Source: an uncultured Phycisphaerales bacterium | Lineage (GTDB): Bacteria; Planctomycetota; Phycisphaerae; Tepidisphaerales; Tepidisphaeraceae | Length of the DNA stretch: 64,000 nucleotides | Assembly: GCA_963844715.1 (NCBI GenBank) | Contig: CAWJPJ010000005.1 | Location: forward strand, 32,001 to 96,000 | Reading direction: 5' to 3' | Shown: positions 31,847-41,004 of the stretch, piece by piece | Position numbering within the stretch: the stretch's first letter is position 1 | How the letters are laid out: the number at the start of each line of letters is the position of its first letter | Position numbers and translations under genes: made by a program | Notes under the pieces: generated by a model | Told to the model about the DNA's origin: nothing | The model's input: the letters and a program-made list of their open reading frames with translations, nothing else | Database searches by the model: none

Positions 31847-33403
31847 TTAAGCCGCTTCTTCAGTGACCTGGTCTCGGCCGTGAATCCCTGCCGCTAATTT
31901 CTGTGCGCTAACTGGTTGGTTTCCGAGTTCGCGGATTTCGACGGCTGCCGCGAGGGCGCCCAGATACGCCGCCGCTTGGAGCGATCCTCCCGCCGCCAGC
32001 GCCAGGCTGGCCGTCGCGAGCAGGGCGTCGCCGCATCCCAGGGGATCGACCACATATCTTGAAAAGGCGGGCAGATATTCGCTGGCCAATCTTCCGGGCT
32101 GGGCGCTGGGGTCTTGATGCTGTTTCCAGAACGTGACCAGGCCTTGCTTGCCTAGCGTGATGATCGCCTGCCTTGCCTCCGTGGCTTCGAGGAGGTTCCA
32201 GACCACCGCGCCGAGGCCGCCGGAAAAATCGTGCAGGGTCTCGCGCACTTCGCGTTCAGTGGGGCAAAGGAGATCGACGGATTTGAATCTCAGGAGGCTT
32301 GCCTGTCTTCCGCTCACGTCGGCGGTGAGGATCGGCACGTTCTTGCGCAGCTCGGGCATGATTCGGTCGAGCAGCGATTCGGTGATCAGTCCATATCCAA
32401 AATCCGCGAAGATCACCGCCGCCGCGCCGCTTGCCGCGGACAGGATGGTGTCGGCCAGTTTGCTTTCCGTTTGCGAATCGATCGGGCTGATCGATCCGTC
32501 GTCCACCTTGAAGAGTTTCGTTTGATCGACCAGGTACCGGTTCTTGCAGATCGTCTGCTTGCGATGGGTGGAACTCTGCACGGAGATGCCTGCCGATTTC
32601 AGGCGCATAAAGGCCGCGTTCGAGGCGGCGTCTTCCGTCAAGGACGTAATGAGCGACGCTTGCGCTCCAAGAGCCGCGACGTGTGACGCGATCACGGCGG
32701 CTCCTCCGTCGAAATCCTCCTGGCGAAGATGCCGCAGGGCCATCATCGGGCCTTCGCCGGCGACTCCTGTCGCATCGCAAAAATGATAGCGGTCCAGGAT
32801 GTAATCGCCGACGACCACTACTTTCATTTGCGAAAATTTCGCAAGTGTGCGCTGGAGCGCCGCGCCGGTCAGGCCGAAGCGGTCGCGGAACCGCGCGACT
32901 TTCTCGTCCATCAAGGCATCGCGATCGCCGAGGGTATTGATGAGGGCCGTCGACGAATAGACGACATCTCCGCTGGAGAAAACGACTTTTCCGCCGGCCT
33001 GCGTGACGGCGTCGCGCTCCGCCAAAAATCGCGGATCAAAATTTCGCTCGTATTCCTTCCCCTTGACGTATATGTCCGGCTGAAGCTGCGTAAGCAGCTC
33101 GACCGCCGTTGGTTCGGCGTTCACATGCACCCAATCCACGCACTCCAGGGCAGCCAGGCTGCCCGCCCGCAGATCATCCGGAATGAGCGGGCGATCCATC
33201 CCCTTGTTCACCTGCGAATCGGCGCTCACGGTGACGATCAGTTCGTCCCCGAGCGATCGGGCGTATTGCAGGTGTAAAATGTGCCCCGGATGCACGATAT
33301 CGAAGCACCCGTGGCAATGGACGACGATTCGCCCGGCCTTGCGCGCCGACTCCCGCACGCTCAGCAGACGCTCCAGATTGCAGACCTTCTTCCCGGGATT
33401 CAT
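31847..33403 (-). CDS. Bifunctional cytidylyl/adenylyltransferase + PfkB kinase (HldE-like, transferase N-terminal)
   Basis: GCFDIVHPGH, PDIYVKG, YSST; GDYILD, DFGYG, DPLGCGD. Confidence 0.88.
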   Translation of the reverse strand: MNPGKKVCNLERLLSVRESARKAGRIVVHCHGCFDIVHPGHILHLQYARSLGDELIVTVSADSQVNKGMDRPLIPDDLRAGSLAALECVDWVHVNAEPTAVELLTQLQPDIYVKGKEYERNFDPRFLAERDAVTQAGGKVVFSSGDVVYSSTALINTLGDRDALMDEKVARFRDRFGLTGAALQRTLAKFSQMKVVVVGDYILDRYHFCDATGVAGEGPMMALRHLRQEDFDGGAAVIASHVAALGAQASLITSLTEDAASNAAFMRLKSAGISVQSSTHRKQTICKNRYLVDQTKLFKVDDGSISPIDSQTESKLADTILSAASGAAAVIFADFGYGLITESLLDRIMPELRKNVPILTADVSGRQASLLRFKSVDLLCPTEREVRETLHDFSGGLGAVVWNLLEATEARQAIITLGKQGLVTFWKQHQDPSAQPGRLASEYLPAFSRYVVDPLGCGDALLATASLALAAGGSLQAAAYLGALAAAVEIRELGNQPVSAQKLAAGIHGRDQVTEEAA

Positions 33404-33415
33404 GGATACGCATCT

Positions 33416-33470
33416 CTATCGGCCGAAATGGGCCGGATGGTTGAAGAATTATCGGACGGGCCGCCGATAA
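33416..33470. promoter_or_regulatory. Divergent sigma28-like promoters
   Basis: GCCGATAA (+, 33463-33470) and GCCGATAG (-, 33416-33423), each 16 nt after a TGAAG/TCAAC element. Confidence 0.45.
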
Positions 33471-33486
33471 CGAGAGCAGCGCCGAC

Positions 33487-35660
33487 ATGCACCAAACCCT
33501 GGAATCCTTCTCCCCAGCCGCCAGGCAGATCGCGGAGCATTTGCGCCGCCGACCGCTGGCGCGAGGCGGCGGACCACCTCTCCAACCTGCCGCGGCGAAC
33601 TTCGCAGGCGCAATTCCGTCTCCATTTCGCCCGGAACATGGCCGCGACGGCCGAACATCGGCCGGAAATCCATCGCCTGCTGATCGATTCCCTTTCCAGC
33701 GCGGGGAACGAATTTCCGATCGTGCGCGGAAAATACGGGCGGTGGACCCTTGCCAATCAGCCCGACGATCCGACGTCGTCCACGATGCAGACGTTGGCCG
33801 AACTGAAGCCCGCCTGGAAATCCGGCAAGGCGCTGGCGGTCTGCGGACTCGGCGACGGGAATGTGCTTTCCGCACTGGCGAACTTTTCCCCCAAGCTGCT
33901 CCTCGGCCGCGAGCACCCCGTCTTTCTCATCGAGCCGCGCACCGACCTCGTTCTCTCCCTGCTGGCTCTGCACGATTTCGCCAACCCCGACGGCCCGATC
34001 CGACAAAAAAGATTCTTCTGGTCCATCGGGCCCGATTGGCAAAGGCAGTTCCGGCAATGTTTCCTCGACAATCCGCTAGTGATCTTCCCGGAATCCCAGA
34101 TCGGGCAAGGCCCGGACATCGCCGCCATCGATTCGCAACTGCGCAAGACGTTGGTTGAACTTGTTGAGCTTGATCGAGAGCTGGCCAAAAAAATCGACGC
34201 GATTTACGCAGACGTTACGCCCTCGAAATTAGCCGACCTTTTCGGTGCCAATCCCCCTCGCCCGCCGCGAATCCTGCTGGTCACCAGCCGGTTTACCACC
34301 GTTCTTCAATATTCCACGGCAGACGCGGCGGACGCCTTCGCGAAACTCGGCTGGGAAACCCGGACCCTCGTCGAGCCGGAGGCGTATCATTCCCTGCGTA
34401 AAAGCGCCATGCGCCACGCCATCGCGGATTTCCGGCCCGATCTCGTCCTCGTCATCGATCATCTCCGCCACGAATACGACGACGTTTTTCCGGCGAATCT
34501 GCCCTTTGCCTGCTGGATTCAGGATCACCTCCCCAATCTCTGCAACGCAAAAGCCGGCGAGTCGATCGGCACGCGCGATTTTGTTCTGACCGCCATTGGA
34601 ACCCATTTCGTGCAAAAACATCGCTACCCGGCGGGCCAGATCGTCGATCTCCCGAACCTGGCAAAAATTCCCAAGCGCCCGGCGGCGTGGAAAAGCGACG
34701 GTCTGGATCTGGTCTACATTTCCAACTGGACGCAAAGCACGGATGAGGTGATCGAAAAAATTCTACCCGCGCGGCAAATCAGCCCAACGTCCGCGCCGTT
34801 GCCGAGACGTCCATCGCGCGGATTCTGGCGGTTTACGATCGGGGAGATTGCCTGGCCACGCAGCGCGAGGTGCGATGGGTTGTCGAGGCCGCGCAAAAGA
34901 GCGCGGCCGCGCCATCGCCGACCCGGCCGTCGCTGACGACCTCGTCAATCTCTTGTGGGATCGGCTCAACAACCATCTCTATCGGCATCAGGCGTTGCAG
35001 TGGGTCGCCGACCTGGCAAAACGAAAAGACCTCTCGTTCGGTCTTTACGGCCGCGGCTGGGAAACCCATGCGCAGCTTCACGCCTTCGCCCGCGGCGTGG
35101 TCAAACCGGGTGAAGACCTCGAAAACCTGGTGCGAAAAAGCCGCATCAATCTCCAGCTTGAGCCATTCGCGTGTTTCACTCATCCGCGCTTGCTCAACGG
35201 CCTCTTCGCCGGCGGGTTCTTTCTCATCCGCGATCATCCGTTTAATCGTCTGCCGCAGCGGCTGCTGGAGTTTCTGGCCGCGAATGTTTCGGACGATGTC
35301 GAAACCGTCGCGCAAGTGCGGGACGCGATCGCGCCGGAAAATCTCGAACAATTCGAATCTCTTTTGCGCGAGTGCGCGGCGATGTCCGAACAGGCCGACC
35401 CCGTGCAGATGACGCGCAATTGGCAGCGGGCCGGGCTCATTGCAGCGCAAAATCCGCCGGGCCAATATTTGGACCCGATATTTTTTTCAAATCCCGCCGG
35501 TTTGGAGCGAAACGTTCTGCATTTTGCCGCCGATGAAGATTTGCGCCTTCGCGTCGCGGCTGATCTGCGCCGTGAGCTGGAAGGGCGTCTTAGTTACGAG
35601 TCCGGCTTTGGCCGCGCTGTGCGGCGAATCGAAGAACTCTTGCGGGCATTACGAACGTGA
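33487..35660 (+). CDS. Large glycosyltransferase-like protein (Maf-like N-part, CgeB/GT-B-like C-part; two frameshifts)
   Basis: AVCGLGDG segment, WIQDH, LYGRGW, SRINL, RLLNG...GGFFL. Confidence 0.6.
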
Positions 35661-36872
35661 AACTCAGCTACGTCATCATCTCGTACAACCGCCGCGATAC
35701 GCTTCTGCAAACGCTGGCGCGGCTGAAGAAGGTGACCCCCATCTCGCGCAACCAGTGGGAAGCGTGGGTCGTCGACAATGCCTCGACCGACGGCTCCGCC
35801 GAGGCCGTCCAGCAGCAATTCCCGCAGGTGCATCTCATCCGCAACAAAAAAAATCAGGGGATGTTCGCCCGCAATCATGCCTTTGCGCCTGCGCCGGGAA
35901 ATATATCGTGAGCCTCGATGACGACAGCTACCCCGCCGACGCCCGCGCCGTCGGTCAGATCCTGTCTCACATGGAGGCCAATTCCACGACCGGCGCGCTG
36001 GTCGGCAAGGTCGTCCTCCCCGACGGCTCGCTCGAAGGCCCGGCTCTTCCCGGCATTCTCATGGGCGGGGCAAGCTGCCTCCGGAAATCGGTGATCGACG
36101 CCACCGGCGGATTCCGGCCCGAGTTTTTCCGACAGGCCGAGGAATACGATCTCAGCTTCCGAATCTGCGCGCCGGCTGGCGCGTCGAACGCTCCGAGCAG
36201 ATCGTTTTCCGCCACGACAAAGTCCCGGGCGACGGGCGGCCCTCTGCGCTGGTTCCCAAGTTGGACCTCCGCAACAATCTCATCATCGCCCAGCGATTTC
36301 TGCCCGAAAAAATCCGCCAGACTTATTGGGACGATTGGAAAAATCGATATGCCGCGCTGGCCCGCGGGAAAACCAGCGAATTGGAAATCCAAAAAGCGAT
36401 CTGGAGCGCCCGCCTGTGGCGGCTGCGCGACTCTTTCTTCGGCCGCCAGTGCCTTGACGAATCGGCGCTGGAAACCATTTTCCAGTTCCGCCACCAATCC
36501 ACGCTTATCGGGCAGTGGGCGAGGAGAAACAGCGTGTGGCGAGTCGTCCTGGCTGACTTCAGCAAGAACATTTATTCGGCGTACAACGCCGCGAACAGTT
36601 GCGGGCTTCAGCTCCGCTGCATCGCCGATGACAACAACGCATTTAATAACTGGGAATATCGCGGCTTGCCGGTTGTTCCCACACACCAAGCCTTCGAAGG
36701 CGGCGGCATCGACGGCGTCATCCTCACCAACATCAACCCCGCGCAAATCGACGCCAGACATCAACATCTCACCAGAGTGTTCCATGGCCCCGTGCTGAAA
36801 CTCTGGCAACCGCCACGGGAAGCGACGCAATCGGAAATCCAACCCGAAGAACGCCGCGCGGATGCGGCGTGA
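35657..36872 (+). CDS. Glycosyltransferase family 2 (frameshifted)
   Basis: VIISYNR, VVDNASTDGS, ARN, SLDDDS, GGFRPEFFRQAEEYDL. Confidence 0.85.
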
Positions 36873-36945
36873 TTCAATCTGACGCCTCGCCCCATGTATT
36901 CGTGGGGAGAGGATGGGTGAGGGGCGTCTTTCGTGGTTCGACCGA

Positions 36946-37032
36946 GGGGTGGATTACAAAAAAGAGGTACGTCCCCTTAATTCGAATCGGGGGGGTGGAT
37001 TAGAGAAAAAGAGGTACGTCCCCTTAATTCGA
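36946..37032 (+). repeat. Two-copy direct repeat (period ~46 bp)
   Basis: ggggtggatta..aaaaagaggtacgtccccttaattcga twice. Confidence 0.9.
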
Positions 37033-37080
37033 TTCGAATTCAATTCAATTTGCGGCAAGCTAAAATATCAAGGTCCGCCT

Positions 37081-37428
37081 TTGGAGCAGGTAATTTATAA
37101 TTGGCGACGCATATTCGGAAGGTTCATCGTCGGAGTCGTGATTGGCGGCTTCGGTGGGACGATACTGTTGGGTACGCTTGGCCTCCTTACCATAAATTTC
37201 ATTCCAACGATCTATTACTCCTATTCGCGCCTTCCGGCGCTTTGGGTACTTTCGCCAATTTACATCATCGCCCTTGCAAACGGATTGTATAGCGGGATCG
37301 AGCAGCGCCGCGATCAGCGACGGCGATATTGGATGCGAACCGGGTGTTGTAAGTATTGCGGTTATGATCTCCGCGGCACACCTGATCTTCGCTGTCCGGA
37401 ATGCGGACACGAATTGAAGAACCACTGA
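37081..37428 (+). CDS. Membrane protein with C-terminal CxxCGYDL..CPECG zinc ribbon
   Basis: Two TMs then [20 protein letters not shown]; start uncertain. Confidence 0.65.
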   Translation: MEQVIYNWRRIFGRFIVGVVIGGFGGTILLGTLGLLTINFIPTIYYSYSRLPALWVLSPIYIIALANGLYSGIEQRRDQRRRYWMRTGCCKYCGYDLRGTPDLRCPECGHELKNH

Positions 37429-37508
37429 TGCGAGGCCGATATTTAGCCGCCCATTACGCCGCTCTGAGATCAGCTCTGCATCGTTAAGTCGTCTCCAAGG
37501 CGCAACAG

Positions 37509-37718
37509 TCATCCGGCGATCGTCTCGCCGCGCCCCGTCCCCTCGGGAAGGTCGACGACCTTGATATGCAACCTCTCGCGCAACTTCTCCGTGGCGCGCT
37601 CAGCCTGTTCCGCCAGCTTGGCGATGTCTCCGCCGGCCTCTTGCGTCAGCCGTTCGCGAACACGCCGAACGTCATCAACAGGCGTCGGCTCGTGCGGGAT
37701 CGATGGAGCTTTATTCAT
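37509..37718 (-). CDS. Small putative antitoxin partner of the PIN protein
   Basis: PVDDVRRVRERL..EAGGDI pattern; overlaps the PIN stop. Confidence 0.65.
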   Translation of the reverse strand: MNKAPSIPHEPTPVDDVRRVRERLTQEAGGDIAKLAEQAERATEKLRERLHIKVVDLPEGTGRGETIAG

Positions 37719-38191
37719 TGTCCGTCTCCTGAAGAAGGTCGGGCGTGACAAACATAGGGGCCGCCAAGCCTAGTCTCATGCAGATCACGCCCAAATGCGT
37801 TCGTTTGTTCGGATTGGCCATGTGCTGCACATTCCAGGTCAGCACGTAATCCATCCGATGCAGCGTCGCCGTCGGCCACGTGTAGCGCATCACCGCCGTC
37901 CGCCGGTCCCGGCATGATTCGCTCCTTCACGAACAGCGCGGCAAGGGCCACCACTTCGGGCGGCTGGCTCAGCGAGGGTAGGCCATCGAGCATCGCCAGT
38001 GCCTCTTTACTTCCAGGGAAATCGGGTGAACCCAACTCGTTTACCACCGTCGGTGATACGAATAACTCAAATCGCCGCGATTGCATCTGCCACCATTCTA
38101 GGCTCGACGCCCGCCACCCAACGCTTTCATCGCTCGTTCGCGTGCTCACGCAAGCGCTGAAATAACTCGTTTCGAGTTACACTTTTTGCAC
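37711..38191 (-). pseudogene. PIN-domain (VapC-like) toxin with in-frame TAA at codon 5 and a frameshift ~37875
   Basis: KV*LETS (expected VYLETS), LFVSPTVVNE, DALHVA, DYVLTWNVQHMANP. Confidence 0.7.
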
Positions 38192-38308
38192 CGGCGGATT
38201 CTATTCCGAAAACGGCCTCGAAGCGAGTTGCTGCGAGGGCCCCGCCGCCTTCTGCCGACCGGTTCAAACCAGGCCGCTAAACCAGATTTCGACTCGTCCA
38301 CTTCCCCC

Positions 38309-38338
38309 TTGACACCGATACTATGTATAACATAGTAT
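38309..38338 (+). promoter_or_regulatory. Sigma70 promoter overlapped by palindromic operator
   Basis: TTGACA at 38309; ATACTATGT-ata-ACATAGTAT perfect 9-bp inverted repeat at 38318-38338. Confidence 0.75.
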
Positions 38339-38350
38339 TGAAAGTAAGGC

Positions 38351-38692
38351 ATGGAGAACAAATCCCAATTTCTCAAAGGGTGCACGCGCACGCTGGTTTT
38401 GCAACTTCTGGCGCAGCGGCCCATGTATGGGTATGAACTGGCCGCGGAACTGGATCGGCGGACCAGCGGGATTTTCGCGCTTGGGCAGGGCACTTTGTAT
38501 CCATTGCTTTATTCGCTGGAAGCCAAGGGGCAGATTCGGGTCAGCCGGGAGGAAAATTCGCCTCAGCAGGGGCGCAAGCGGCGGTACTACGCGATCACCG
38601 CCAAGGGGCGCACCGAGCTCGAGGCCAATGTCGTCACATGGCGTGAAATCGCCCGCGGCATGCGCCTGGTCCTGGAGGCTCCCCATGCGTGA
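38351..38692 (+). CDS. PadR family transcriptional regulator
   Basis: MYGYEL, GTLYPLL..LE, RRYYAIT.KG. Confidence 0.95.
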   Translation: MENKSQFLKGCTRTLVLQLLAQRPMYGYELAAELDRRTSGIFALGQGTLYPLLYSLEAKGQIRVSREENSPQQGRKRRYYAITAKGRTELEANVVTWREIARGMRLVLEAPHA

Positions 38693-39257
38693 CTCGTTGG
38701 ATAAATATCTCGAAAACGTCCTCTGCCACGCCGACCTCGCTCGCGGAGACGAGCGTCAGGTCCGCGCGGAATTGGCGGAGCATTTGCAATCGCTGGTTGA
38801 AAAATCGGGTCAAACCAATCCCAAGGAGATTTACACCATGCTGAGCGAACAATTCGGCTCTCCCAGGCGCATCGGCCGAGCCATCGCGGCCGCGAAGGGG
38901 CGCGTCCGGACCTATTTCAAGAAGCAGCTGAGGAAGCTTCCGCTGCGCGTCGCGATCCTGACGCTGCTGGTATTGGGGGTTCGCCACTCGATCGCCCAGG
39001 TCTTTTACGTCCCCGGCCGCGGCGTCGAGCCGGAGATTCCGCGCGGCGCCCACGTCGTCGTCTATAAACTCGCCCATGAATTCCAGCCGGGCGACATCGT
39101 CGTCTACCGAAGCGCCATCGGCGACTTTTTCATCGGAACCATCGACCACCCAACTCCCACGGGCTGGCTCGTCGCCAAATACTCCGGCGCCTGCCGCCAG
39201 GTCCATGACGTCCGCCCCGACCAAATCATCGGCCGAGTTATCCTCACCACCCGATGA
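38685..39257 (+). CDS. Permease-prefix-domain protein fused to an S26 signal-peptidase-like domain
   Basis: VRAELAEHL...FGSP motif; TM; FYVPGRGVEPEI, GDIVVY, IIGRV. Confidence 0.65.
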   Translation: MRDSLDKYLENVLCHADLARGDERQVRAELAEHLQSLVEKSGQTNPKEIYTMLSEQFGSPRRIGRAIAAAKGRVRTYFKKQLRKLPLRVAILTLLVLGVRHSIAQVFYVPGRGVEPEIPRGAHVVVYKLAHEFQPGDIVVYRSAIGDFFIGTIDHPTPTGWLVAKYSGACRQVHDVRPDQIIGRVILTTR

Positions 39258-39283
39258 GGCGACCAAACCACTGACTTTTTTCT

Positions 39284-39358
39284 TTATCCGCGCCCATCCG
39301 CGAAATCCGTGATCAAAATTCTTTTTTAACCGCGGATTTCGCGGATGAGCGCGGATAA
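39284..39358. repeat. Palindromic element, family E (ATCCGCG units)
   Basis: ttatccgcgcccatccgcgaaatccgtg ... cgcggatttcgcggatgagcgcggataa. Confidence 0.88.
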
Positions 39359-39457
39359 GTTCAATACAAGAATTCTTTTCGGTTTGTCCTCTGGTTCTTC
39401 CCAGCCGTCCGCGGTGATGCTTTTGTCTTTGTCGAAAGTGCCTACACTCACGGGTCA

Positions 39458-40879
39458 TGACCGCGTCTGACCGCCTGCGGCGGCCTATTGTTGAGCTTCT
39501 CTTTCTGGCGGCGCCGACCGTGCGCGCAGATGGCGTCGTACACGGTGATGCAATTCATCGATACGTGGATTCTATCTCGCCTTAGCGGGGACGCCGCTAC
39601 GGCCGCGGCTAACAGCGGAATCCTCACTTTCTCCGGCATCAGCTTTGGCATGGGGGTTCTGGCCCTGGTCAATACCATGGTCAGCCAATCCTTTGGGCGG
39701 AAGGAATTCCTGGACTGCGGCAAATACCTTTGGCAAGGGATCTGGCTTGGGCTGTTTCTCGGGCTCGCACTCGCCTCATTCATCCCATTGGGAAATCGCG
39801 TGTTCCTAGCCTTCGGGCACGCACCGAATTTCGCCGCCGTGGAAGCCGTTTACTGGCGCATTGTGCTGCTGGCGGCGACCGTCAAACTCCTCTCCATGTC
39901 GATGGGACAGTTCCATCTCGGGATCGACCGGCCGTTCTCGCCGTTCATTGCCGCCATCATCGGCGTCACGATCAACGCCGTCGCCGCCTGGTGCATCGTG
40001 CTTGGCCGCTGCGGGTTTCATTCTTACGGCGTCGCCGGGGCGGCGTCGGCGCAGAACATCGGCGTCACCGTCGAAATGCTCGTGCTTCTCGTGTTCTGCC
40101 TGCGGCCCGATGTCAGGAAAATTTACGGCACACTCCAAATCCGCCCACGCCTCGACTATCTGCTGGCCCTCGTCCGCGTGGGCTTCCCTTCCGGATTGAA
40201 TTGGTTCAGCGATGTCCTTGCGTGGGGTTTCTTTTGCAACGGCGTTTTGGCGGTCGTCGGCATTGCTGCCATGCAGGCCAATGTCTTTATGCTCCGGTAC
40301 ATGATCGTGAGCTTCATGCCCGCCGTCGGCATCGGGGCCGCCGTCACAGCGCTGGTCGGGCGGTACATCGGCCGGGGGGAGCCGGATATCGCCTACCGCC
40401 GGGCGCATCTGGGTTTCTTCGTCTCTCTCGCCTACGTCTGCGCCTGCGGCGTCGTCTTCATTGTCTTTAGAAAACAGCTCATGAGCCTCTTCACCACCGA
40501 CCCCGAGGTCCTTCGCATCGGCGGGATGTATCTCATCTTCGCTGCCGTCTACGAAATCTTTGACGCGATGTATATCAACTACATCGCCGCCCTGCGCGGC
40601 GCGGGGGATACGTTGGTGCCGGCTGTCGTCATGGCGATCCTTTGCTGGACTATCTCGGTCTTAGGCGGCTGGGTCGTGGCCAAATATGTCCCCGGCTGGA
40701 ATCCGGCGGGGCCGTGGGTCATGGGCTGCATTTACGGCGCGGTCATCGGGATATTCATGTTCGTCCGCTTCCAAACCGGCCAGTGGCGCCGGATCAGACT
40801 CGGACCCGGAAGACGTTTACCATCTGGCGCGGAATCCTTTCCCCTCTCCCCCTCCTTCAGTTCCGGCACGGCGGGATAG
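39458..40879 (+). CDS. MATE family efflux transporter (probable frameshift near 5' end)
   Basis: Multi-TM; VSQSFG, GVAGAA, VGRYIG, ALRGAGDT. Confidence 0.9.
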
Positions 40880-40950
40880 GGTGAGGGGCGAATCTCGACG
40901 GTCGAGCGCCGCCCCTCACCCTAACCTCTCCCCGGAGTACCGGGGAGAGG
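40839..40950. repeat. Palindromic element, family G
   Basis: tagggtgaggggcg...cgcccctcacccta then cctctccccgg-agta-ccggggagagg. Confidence 0.85.
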
Positions 40951-41004
40951 CGTTAAATGGCCGGCCTCGAATGTCGCCACTACCTCGGCTAAACTTCAAT
41001 ATAT

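Noticed and set aside
36946..37032. Possible mini-CRISPR
   Set aside because: Only two copies, the intervening sequence is itself largely repeated and too short, and there are no cas genes.
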